The notes under the pieces: model-generated
The model's database searches: none
What the model was told of the DNA's origin: nothing
Seen by the model: the letters and a program-made list of their open reading frames with translations, nothing else
Position numbers and translations under genes: made by a program
Shown: positions 17,866 through 25,319 of the stretch, piece by piece
Position numbering within the stretch: position 1 is the first letter of the stretch
Layout: each line of letters opens with the position of its first letter
Virus record (IMG/VR): IMGVR_UViG_2648501787_000014
Length of the DNA stretch: 25,319 nucleotides
Source: a virus
Taxonomy: Duplodnaviria > Heunggongvirae > Uroviricota > Caudoviricetes
Strand: one strand, 5' to 3'

Positions 17866-19703
17866 TGAAAGTAACTGCAAACGGTAAGACATTTACCTTC
17901 CCTGATGGTACGAGCACGGAAGATATTGGAGCCGCCATTGATGATTATTTTGCTGGTCAGGTTGTTCAGCAACAAACAGTTTATCAGGCCAATAATGCAC
18001 CAGTACGTGAAGAACCATCATTGATGCAACAAGCTGGCGATTGGCTCACTGGTGGTCAAAGTGCAGGGCAAATTGCAGAACAGGCTGGTCGTGGTCTGGT
18101 AAACATACCATTTGACGTATTGCAGGGTGGCGCAAGTCTGATTAATGCAATCAGTCAGGGGCTTGGTGGGCCAAAAGTTTTGGATGATGTTTATCGTCCA
18201 GTAGACAAACCGACAGACCCATACGCACAAGCCGGTGAAACAATTGGTGGGTATTTAGTTCCAGGAGTTGGAACGGCAGGAAGCATGGCTATTGGATCGC
18301 TGGCAGAGGCCGCAAATCAGAAAGGCGATTTCGCACAAAATGCAGCTAAAAATGCCGGAGTTAACCTTGCCGCTCAGGGTGTTCTTTCCGCAGCAGCAAA
18401 GGGAATAGGGCGTGGAATAACGGCTATAAAAGGTGATATTGCGCCAGAAGTGGCGAAGAAAATTGCCACATCAGAATCGATGGGCGTGACACCAATGACA
18501 TCTGATGTTATCCCGCCGAAAAATGCTTTCACTCGCGGCCTTACTCAGGATGCCGAGGGGGCTTTGCTCGGGACGGGCTCAAAGCGAGCAGAGCAATATG
18601 CAACGCGGAGTAAGCTGGTAAGCAATTATTTTGACCGTTTTGGTGAGTACAACCCTGATGATGTGGTGAAATCTCTGACCACCACGTTAAGGGGGCGGAA
18701 GGATGCCGCTGGCGCTGTTATCAATGACGTCACCAATAAAATGGGTAATGCCGCAGTTGATACCACAAATACCATGAATGCTCTGAATACAGCGATCGCA
18801 AGACAGGAACGGCTTGGGACGTCTGCCAATCAAAGCCTGCTTACATCCTTGCGTAACCTACGTGAAGAATTAGCAAACCCTGCAACTGATTTGGATGTTA
18901 CGTTTGATCTCTTGCGTCAGCACAGAACAGCATTTAGATCTAATGTTCAGGGAGATGCTATGGTCTTCCCCAACCAGGCAAAAGCAGCTACCAATATGGT
19001 AGAGAATGCAATGTCAAAAGACCTTCGTAACGCAGTTGCTAAAAACCTCGGTGCATCAGACGCAGCAAAATACCTTAAAGCAAATTCCGATTATGCAAAC
19101 GTTTATAATAAGGTGCTTAATAAAAACATTGCCAACAAGCTCAACAAGGCAAGCAGTGAAGCCAGTCCTGAACTTATAAATACCGTTGTATTAAGCAGAA
19201 AACCATCTGACGTGAAACGAATCTGGAGCGCACTGGATGATAAGGGGAAAGATGCTATGCGTGCAGCTTACGTCAGCAAAATAGCGGAAAAGGCCGGGGA
19301 CTCTCCAGCCAAGTTCATCACTGAAGTTAATAAGCTGAAATCTCAGTCAGGCGGTGAAATTTACAACACTATTTTTTCTGGAAAGCACATGAAAGAGCTT
19401 GATGCTCTTCATGAAGTTCTACAGCAAACAGCAAGGTCAGACACCGCAAATGTAGTAACTCAGACGGGGCAATCGCAAGCCAACAGGATAAGGACGATTG
19501 GCGCAACTGCGACCCTTGGCGTATCAATGGGGCTTGAGGCTGGTTTTGGTGCAATGATGCGCTTGTATGAGTCCAAAGCAGCAAGGAATATGCTTCTTCG
19601 TTTGGCAAACACCAAAGCAGGAACACCAGCCTATGAAAGAGCGATAAATAACGCTGCGAATGCCATCAGACCGCTGTTTGCTACTGAGGCAACACAGCAG
19701 TAA
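17862..19703 (+). CDS. Ejection protein (P22 gp16-like)
   Basis: 613 aa; overlaps the gp20 stop; size and position match gp16. Confidence 0.75.
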   Translation: MMKVTANGKTFTFPDGTSTEDIGAAIDDYFAGQVVQQQTVYQANNAPVREEPSLMQQAGDWLTGGQSAGQIAEQAGRGLVNIPFDVLQGGASLINAISQGLGGPKVLDDVYRPVDKPTDPYAQAGETIGGYLVPGVGTAGSMAIGSLAEAANQKGDFAQNAAKNAGVNLAAQGVLSAAAKGIGRGITAIKGDIAPEVAKKIATSESMGVTPMTSDVIPPKNAFTRGLTQDAEGALLGTGSKRAEQYATRSKLVSNYFDRFGEYNPDDVVKSLTTTLRGRKDAAGAVINDVTNKMGNAAVDTTNTMNALNTAIARQERLGTSANQSLLTSLRNLREELANPATDLDVTFDLLRQHRTAFRSNVQGDAMVFPNQAKAATNMVENAMSKDLRNAVAKNLGASDAAKYLKANSDYANVYNKVLNKNIANKLNKASSEASPELINTVVLSRKPSDVKRIWSALDDKGKDAMRAAYVSKIAEKAGDSPAKFITEVNKLKSQSGGEIYNTIFSGKHMKELDALHEVLQQTARSDTANVVTQTGQSQANRIRTIGATATLGVSMGLEAGFGAMMRLYESKAARNMLLRLANTKAGTPAYERAINNAANAIRPLFATEATQQ

Positions 19704-19727
19704 CGTATGGGAAATTGGATTCAATCG

Positions 19728-20117
19728 CTAACATTTTCTTTTTACTTTTCCAACAAAAGCTTTGGTTGAATCCATATTTCCATAACCGGAAATGGTTTTT
19801 GACATTAAAACTGTTCCAGTAGGATGTATTACCCATGAGTCGATAACGCGTTGAGTTTCGCCATTCGCGCCGATTCCTATGATGGAGTTTTTAGACAATG
19901 CTTTGTAAGCCATGCCGCCCGCATCTGTCCCAGAATATGTGATGCTGGCATCTTCACCGTTTGTCTTAATGATGAATGTTCCACTAAAACCATCTTCTTC
20001 CGGATGGAAATTATTTCGTTCTGAATAGCTTATTCCGCGCATATCTCCAACGACCCAGCACTCTGCTGTAGCCCCAAAAGATATGAATAAGAACATAGCA
20101 GTAAGAAATTGCTTCAC
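19728..20117 (-). CDS. Secreted (periplasmic) protein of unknown function; probable moron
   Basis: GTG start preceded by the strong SD taaggaggt (5-nt spacing); signal peptide VKQFLTAMFLFISFGATA then ECW...; opposite strand to the virion genes. The track ORF extends to an upstream ATG at 20198, which lacks an SD. Confidence 0.5.
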   Translation of the reverse strand: MKQFLTAMFLFISFGATAECWVVGDMRGISYSERNNFHPEEDGFSGTFIIKTNGEDASITYSGTDAGGMAYKALSKNSIIGIGANGETQRVIDSWVIHPTGTVLMSKTISGYGNMDSTKAFVGKVKRKC

Positions 20118-20234
20118 GCCAACCTCCTTAGTTTTGAGCAGGATACCATGAAAAAAGTAAACATCTTTTGCGTACTTCACATTTGAATGGTTTGTCATTA
20201 GGATGTTTCCGGTTTTTTAAATATGGAAATTGAT

Positions 20235-20654
20235 ATGAAGAGGATTATTGGCGTCGTTGCTGGCGCTATATTGTTATCTGGGTGCGCAACTATTGTTGGT
20301 GACGAAACGCAGCTTGTGCAAGTGAACAGCAATCCTTCCGGTGCGAGCTTTAAGGTAAAAGACGAATCAGGCGTGATTGTTGCGCAAGGTAAGACCCCGC
20401 AAGGAGTAACTCTTGCCAAGTCAGATGGTAGTTATTTTGGCAAAAAGAGCTACCAGATCACTATGGAGAAGGATGGGTACGAACCAGTTACCCTACCAAT
20501 CAAAGCCAATGCTAATGGTTGGTATATTGGTGGAAATCTTGTGTTTGGTGGGTTAATTGGTTGGCTTGCTGTAGATCCATTTAATGGTGGGATGTATACC
20601 TTGAAGCCTAAAGAGGCAAATGCATCCCTTATACCGTCAACAAAGCAAGACTAA
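20235..20654 (+). CDS. Lipoprotein of unknown function; candidate superinfection-exclusion or lysogenic-conversion protein
   Basis: Signal peptide with lipobox MKRIIGVVAGAILLSGC; Gly-rich amphipathic C-terminus; divergent from the secreted-protein gene; followed by a terminator. Start may instead be the ATG at 20223. Confidence 0.6.
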   Translation: MKRIIGVVAGAILLSGCATIVGDETQLVQVNSNPSGASFKVKDESGVIVAQGKTPQGVTLAKSDGSYFGKKSYQITMEKDGYEPVTLPIKANANGWYIGGNLVFGGLIGWLAVDPFNGGMYTLKPKEANASLIPSTKQD

Positions 20655-20661
20655 TAAATGG

Positions 20662-20686
20662 AACCCACCATCAGGTGGGTTTTTTG
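20662..20686. terminator. Bidirectional intrinsic terminator between the lipoprotein gene and mnt
   Basis: CCCACC-atca-GGTGGG hairpin flanked by an A-run on one side and TTTTTT on the other; convergent gene ends on both sides. Confidence 0.65.
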
Positions 20687-20922
20687 TACAAATCCTTCAG
20701 CGTATCAAACACCATCTTCTTAACAAGTTCGGACTGCTCATCAGCGATGCGTTCCGCATCGTCTCGATAGCCTGAAATTTTGGATTGCCTTGATACAGCA
20801 TCAGTCACTATCTGAACTAATTCTGAATTAATAGAGCGGCCATTGGATTTGGCTCGCTGTTTTAGTTTTTCCTTTAATTCGTAAGGTAGCCGCAGATTAA
20901 ATTGCGGGTCATCTCTTCCCAT
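20671..20922 (-). CDS. mnt: Mnt repressor (Arc/MetJ ribbon-helix-helix family)
   Basis: 83 aa, MGRDDPQFNLRLPYELKEKLKQRAKSNGRSINSELVQIV...ELVKKMVFDTLKDLYKK, closely resembling P22 Mnt. Confidence 0.85.
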   Translation of the reverse strand: MGRDDPQFNLRLPYELKEKLKQRAKSNGRSINSELVQIVTDAVSRQSKISGYRDDAERIADEQSELVKKMVFDTLKDLYKKPT

Positions 20923-20985
20923 TCTTGATGCCTCGCTTTTGTGAGTGGATCGGCATCTTATTATTTGCTGGTTGCATCCTCAATA

Positions 20986-21000
20986 AGACCACTGTGGTCT
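20986..21000. promoter_or_regulatory. Candidate Mnt operator (Omnt-like palindrome)
   Basis: AGACCAC-T-GTGGTCT: perfect 7-bp inverted repeat about a central T, 64 bp upstream of the mnt start, in the divergent promoter region. Confidence 0.5.
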
Positions 21001-21347
21001 CTTTATTTGATTAATAATGCATCACTGCGGCCACGCTGCAGCGATTCCTTGTATCTGGAGCAAATTAAATGACAGATATTATAAATAGGAATTGTTATTT
21101 AATAATATTTGAAAATGAAAATCATGGACGATAGGAATAAAAGTAGTACTTGTTATTTTTAAGTGACGCATTAAACGCATAAAGCATATGTCTGTTGATC
21201 AAGATTCTTGCTTGTTGTAAAATAATTGTTTTGTTCATGTTGTATAGTTTTAAAGTGAATAGAAGATTATTTTTCAAAACAATTGCATCTTTGTCTGCAG
21301 TCATTCCGTTTTCTTCAATATCTAAATTTTCAAACAGGATGACTAAT

Positions 21348-22754
21348 ATGCCTGATATAACTCCAAATGTTGTAATTGGGATGCCTTCTCAACTCTTCAC
21401 TATGGCTCGTTCTTTTAAAGCCGTAGCTAATGGCAAAATTTATATCGGTAAAATTGACACTGACCCGGTAAATCCTGAAAACCAGATTCAGGTTTATGTG
21501 GAGAACGAAGACGGCTCTCACGTTCCTGTATCGCAACCAATCATCATTAACGCTGCTGGTTACCCGGTATATAACGGACAGATTGCCAAGTTCGTAACTG
21601 TGCAAGGCCATTCTATGGCTGTATATGATGCGTATGGTGCGCAGCAGTTCTATTTTCCTAATGTGCTGAAGTATGACCCAGAACAATTTAAAGATACACT
21701 TCATTCTGCGAGCGGAGCGGATAATGTTGGATATAGGGGTTATACTGTTAGTGAGTATCTTTCACACACCGCATTGAGTTTTGGTAACTTAAACGATTGT
21801 CTGTCTCATGACAAATACAAGATAGGAGATAAAGTATTTGTACATGGATATAATTATCCATCAGATGGAGGAATGGCTTCATTTGAGGTTGTGTCATCAG
21901 ATGAACCAGTTGGAATAAAAACTTACGATGGTAAGTTTAAGCTAAAGCGAACATCTGGGCATAATTATCTTGAGTTAATAATAAAAAATGGTGCGACGCC
22001 AAAGATAATTGCCCATAGAGGATGGGCAGGAATAACGCCAAATGAATATCAGGGAGCATTGACTGCGCCTGTTTATTTCGTTCCAGAAAATACAAGGGCA
22101 TCAATTAGATTTTGTGCTGAAAGAGGAGCTTTTGGTGTTGAAGGGGATACCAAAATAACATTAGACGGAGTTCCTGTCATATTCCATGATGAGACAGTTG
22201 ATAGAACTACAAATGGTACTGGTGCCGTATCAACATTTACTTTTTTAGAGCTAAAGGCCCTCGATGCTGGATCGTATGTTTCTGGTATTTATGCAGATGA
22301 GAAAATACTCAATTATGATGAATGGATTAGAGAATGCAAGCGTCGCGGAGTAATGCCATTTGTTGAGTGGTCTGCGCCAATGAGTGTCACTCAAGCTGAT
22401 AATTTTCTTGAAACTATAAATAAATATTATGGCACAAAGCCGACGAATGTCTTTGTTTATTCAACATATCCTGCCGTTCTTGAACTGTTGCGTTCAAAAA
22501 ATGCTTATATTGGACTTGGTGTTATACCATCTTACGGTGTCGCACCAACTACAGAACAATTGGAGCTGGCGTATAAGCTTGGCAACTGTGGTATATCTCT
22601 ATCAGGTGGAATAATTACGAATGCCGCTGTTGTAAATTCAGTTAAGAAATATGGTTTGTTGTTGATTTATGCAATTGCTAACACCCCGGCAAGAATTGAT
22701 AATTGCATATCTGCAGGCGTTGATATAATGATTACTGATTGCTATAGAGGGTAA
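21348..22754 (+). CDS. Tailspike: P22-type N-terminal head-binding domain fused to a GDPD (glycerophosphodiester phosphodiesterase) domain
   Basis: N-terminal ~110 aa ([38 protein letters not shown]...[13 protein letters not shown]...[10 protein letters not shown]) match the P22 gp9 head-binding domain. C-terminal half carries GDPD motifs: [32 protein letters not shown]. Confidence 0.8.
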   Translation: MPDITPNVVIGMPSQLFTMARSFKAVANGKIYIGKIDTDPVNPENQIQVYVENEDGSHVPVSQPIIINAAGYPVYNGQIAKFVTVQGHSMAVYDAYGAQQFYFPNVLKYDPEQFKDTLHSASGADNVGYRGYTVSEYLSHTALSFGNLNDCLSHDKYKIGDKVFVHGYNYPSDGGMASFEVVSSDEPVGIKTYDGKFKLKRTSGHNYLELIIKNGATPKIIAHRGWAGITPNEYQGALTAPVYFVPENTRASIRFCAERGAFGVEGDTKITLDGVPVIFHDETVDRTTNGTGAVSTFTFLELKALDAGSYVSGIYADEKILNYDEWIRECKRRGVMPFVEWSAPMSVTQADNFLETINKYYGTKPTNVFVYSTYPAVLELLRSKNAYIGLGVIPSYGVAPTTEQLELAYKLGNCGISLSGGIITNAAVVNSVKKYGLLLIYAIANTPARIDNCISAGVDIMITDCYRG

Positions 22755-22755
22755 A

Positions 22756-23541
22756 ATGAATATAAAAACATATAGACAAATTCATGGTGGTATGAGGTCG
22801 TTTGTTACCACAAGTTTATTCCCTGTTGGGGCGAATAAATTTGACAAATCCGATGCAAGGAAGTCTGTTCTCAGTAAGACATCATCAGATAGTGCGGCGC
22901 TGGAAGTGATGGATTTAGGATGGCTGGCTGCTGGTACATGTATTTCATTTTGCTGTGATATAAAAATAAATACTCAAATGTCTGGTGCACCGTCAATAAG
23001 CATCGAGTCGCGTAATGGCGCAAGGCTAAGTGATGGAAGGAAAATAGTAAACATAGGCACGACTAACTCTAAAGAATGGGAGACAGTGCGTTGTGATTGG
23101 ATTGTGTCTGAGTTTGATAACTGGATAACTCTGTCATATGGGGCTTCTACACCTGTATTGGGACAGTTTGAGTTCAGAAATCCAAGAATTTCTATCACGA
23201 ATGATCAGGCTAGATTGCCTATAAATTTCTCTCTACTCAGATCAGGTAATGTTTGGCGTGTTGATACTGGCACATTTATTTACAATGGAGCTGTATTAGT
23301 ATCAGCAAACGGTGACTCAATAGAGGTTAGTTGGCCATATGTGAACAATATTAGATCACCAATAGTTCACACAACTATAGATACTGGTTTTAGTCTGTTA
23401 TCTGCTGGATGTATATCATGCGGTCCACATTCAGTAAGTAATTCAGGATGCAAAATTCGATTAATTAAACCTGATGGCTCATTTGTAACAGATGTTACAA
23501 ATGGAACGACACTGAGAATTCATGTAAGCGTTAATTATTAA
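22756..23541 (+). CDS. Hypothetical protein (261 aa) coupled to the tailspike; possible receptor-binding accessory
   Basis: Starts 2 nt after the tailspike stop; same AT-rich composition; Ser/Thr/Asn/Gly-rich, beta-like sequence; no TM segment or known motif recognised. Confidence 0.5.
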   Translation: MNIKTYRQIHGGMRSFVTTSLFPVGANKFDKSDARKSVLSKTSSDSAALEVMDLGWLAAGTCISFCCDIKINTQMSGAPSISIESRNGARLSDGRKIVNIGTTNSKEWETVRCDWIVSEFDNWITLSYGASTPVLGQFEFRNPRISITNDQARLPINFSLLRSGNVWRVDTGTFIYNGAVLVSANGDSIEVSWPYVNNIRSPIVHTTIDTGFSLLSAGCISCGPHSVSNSGCKIRLIKPDGSFVTDVTNGTTLRIHVSVNY

Positions 23542-23801
23542 TTCAACATGTGCGCACGTACCCCTATGAACACACGAGTCTTTGAGTTGTGTGATTAATG
23601 AGACACACAAAGCTTTGCACTTGATTGCAAGGCTTTGTGCTCTTCTGTGGATGTGTGGCTACATGTTTGAAGATCGTTGTGTCGTATTTGTGACATACAC
23701 ATGACAACATCATGCATCAACTTTCTGTTTGTGCCATCAACTATAGCTTAGTGAATGCGGTTAATGCTTGCTAAAACAGATAGTTATGATTGGTGCTACA
23801 G

Positions 23802-23847
23802 ATTCGTAATGCGAAGGTCGTAGGTTCGACTCCTATTATCGGCACCA
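23802..23847 (+). other. Partial tRNA-Thr (thrW-like) 3' end: prophage att core (attR)
   Basis: ATTCGTAATGCGAAGGTCGTAGGTTCGACTCCTATTATCGGCACCA is the anticodon-loop-to-CCA portion of enterobacterial tRNA-Thr; the upstream sequence cannot supply the 5' acceptor strand or D-arm. Confidence 0.75.
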
Positions 23848-24001
23848 TTCTAACGTCTCCCCAAGTCTACTCAAGTATTTAAAAACCTCTTATAATCAGT
23901 ATATTAATGCCCCTTTTAGTCTTTTGACGTCTATTTAAGTACCCCAAACTCTACAAGCAATTGAGGGGATTTGCTGTTCAGTTTAGTGGAGATACCCCCA
24001 A

Positions 24002-24340
24002 GTGAAACTCAATGCCCGTCAAATAGACACTGCCAAGCCAAAAGAGAAGGCTTACAAGTTGGCTGATGGTGGTGGTCTGTACCTCCTGGTAAAACCTGGT
24101 GGAGGAGAATATTGGCGTCTCAAGTATCGTGTAGCTGGTAAAGAGAAGCTGTTAGCACTAGGTGTGTATCCTGAGGTCACCTTAGCTGATGCTCCTGCAA
24201 AACTTGAAGAAGCTAAAAGAGGTATCTCTGGGGGAATCGATCTGATGGAAGTGAAGCGCGAGGAAAAGATTGCCCGGGAAACGCAGTTAAACAACACCTT
24301 CAAAGATATTGCCCTTGAGTGGCACAGTAACAAATTATAA
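24002..24340 (+). pseudogene. Truncated P4-type tyrosine integrase (N-terminal arm-binding domain only)
   Basis: GTG-start ORF VKLNARQIDTAKPKEKAYKLADGGGLYLLVKPGGGEYWRLKYR...LALGVYPEVTLADA is a typical P4-family integrase N-terminus but stops after 112 aa, with no catalytic domain. Confidence 0.7.
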
Positions 24341-24770
24341 TCACAATAATAGTGTATATAATTATACATTGTATGCTTGGTAATCATATAATGATAAAAG
24401 CTTCCGATAATCAGTATGAGATTTGTCCTTAAACTCCTGGACATGCTTTTCTAAATCTTCCAATGGTATATGTCCATTTATACAAATAAAATTCTAGTGA
24501 TAAATACCTTCAGGTATGATTAGACAACATCTTTATTCGATGGGGGTTAATCTATATTTGATATCTTTCTTTTAAATAACAACGCCATTAAAAACGCTTT
24601 GTTTAATGACGTTTTTTTATTGTTTCCTATATAAAGCCTAACCAGCATAAACATTGGTGGCTCTTATGCTCATTGTAATTAAATGAGAGTGTGATTAATG
24701 TCTTTATATATTCTGGTAGTTATTCTCTCCAGACGAATACATTGTAAGAAGATGACTGTTAGTATGTTTT

Positions 24771-24810
24771 AACGTCAATTAACATCAATTAACATCAATT
24801 AACATTAAGG
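24771..24810. repeat. Four tandem copies of a 10-bp unit (aacRtcaatt)
   Basis: aacgtcaatt aacatcaatt aacatcaatt aacattaagg; overlaps the last codons and 3' flank of the MarR-like gene. Confidence 0.7.
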
Positions 24811-25289
24811 TTTGATAATAATTTTTTGTTGGCGAGTTCAAATGTTTTCATTTCATCATCTGATAGCCCGCTCCAGATTTTCTTTAGCATTACATTTTGA
24901 GTGTTTATTAGTTTTTGAGCAAGTGTAACTCCGTCAGGGGTTAAGCAAATACTTTTGCTTCGACGATCGTTTTTATTATTAATTCTTTTGGCAATATTCT
25001 TTTTTTCTAATTTGTCTATGATGTGTGTGATGTTTGTTTTGGAGAATTGTAACTCCTTGTAAATATCAGAAGGGGACTGACAATAATCATCAGACATATA
25101 TAATGAAACTAACACCATAAATGTTGAAGTGTTTATTCTATACTCGCTCAATTCATTTTCTATAATACTCTGGATTTTGTCATTTACTCTAATATATAAG
25201 TGTATTAACAGACTCTCCTGAGCCGGGTATGCCGGATTTTTGATTTTTTTGTAGTTTGTTATAGTTTTTAATAAATCTATATTATTCAT
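24795..25289 (-). CDS. MarR-family winged-helix transcriptional regulator
   Basis: MarR-type wHTH segment SPSDIYKELQFSKTNITHIIDKLEKKNIAKRINNKNDRRSKSICLTPDG; very AT-rich. Start taken at the internal Met (MNNIDLL, GGTGG RBS); the track ORF runs to the window edge at 25319. Confidence 0.65.
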   Translation of the reverse strand: MNNIDLLKTITNYKKIKNPAYPAQESLLIHLYIRVNDKIQSIIENELSEYRINTSTFMVLVSLYMSDDYCQSPSDIYKELQFSKTNITHIIDKLEKKNIAKRINNKNDRRSKSICLTPDGVTLAQKLINTQNVMLKKIWSGLSDDEMKTFELANKKLLSNLNVN

Positions 25290-25319
25290 AATTCCACCAC
25301 ACGGCAAAAGAAAACTCAT

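Larger units (their letters stand above)
1..23847 (+). mobile_element. Mosaic lambdoid / P22-like prophage, late arm through tailspike to att core (left end lies outside the window)
   Basis: Contiguous same-strand phage genes (nin, Q, lysis, P22-like morphogenesis, tailspike) ending at a partial tRNA-Thr 3' copy. Confidence 0.85.

Noticed and set aside
20923-21347. arc and ant genes downstream of mnt, as in P22
   Set aside because: No ORF with the Arc ribbon-helix-helix N-terminus and no ant-sized ORF; only very short AT-rich ORFs without RBS.
23772-23847. Complete tRNA-Thr gene
   Set aside because: Only the 3' 46 nt match tRNA-Thr; the upstream sequence (taaaaca...) cannot form the acceptor 5' strand or D-arm, so this is an att core copy, not a functional tRNA.
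24052-24444. 130-aa minus-strand ORF overlapping the integrase fragment
   Set aside because: Antisense to a sequence with clear integrase N-terminal homology; no RBS; low-complexity translation.
24771-24810. CRISPR array
   Set aside because: Only four 10-bp units with no spacers; far too short, and no cas genes in the window.

Overview
This window is the late (right) arm and right end of a mosaic lambdoid prophage from an enterobacterium, running from the nin region to a tRNA-Thr-derived att core at about 23847. All calls come from reading the sequence and ORF track against remembered protein families; no searches were run. It opens with lambda-type ninG and ninI and a non-lambda Q-like antiterminator, followed by an ~850-bp untranslated late leader that contains a complete hammerhead ribozyme motif (2125-2172). 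A lambda-type lysis cassette follows (S with dual start and sdi hairpin, R, Rz with embedded Rz1), then a KilA-N gene and two small coupled ORFs. The virion module is P22/Sf6-like and syntenic (terminase small and large, portal, scaffold, coat, gp4, gp10, gp26, gp14, gp7, gp20, gp16). Gene 10 is interrupted by an HNH homing endonuclease that carries a recoded replacement 5' end of the gene. The immI-equivalent region keeps mnt and a palindromic operator, but arc/ant are absent and a divergent secreted-protein/lipoprotein pair sits where sieA would be. The tailspike is a chimera of a P22-type head-binding domain and a glycerophosphodiester phosphodiesterase (GDPD) domain, followed by an uncharacterised 261-aa protein, both in AT-rich DNA. 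Beyond the att core lie a truncated P4-type integrase remnant and an AT-rich MarR-family regulator gene that starts at the window edge.
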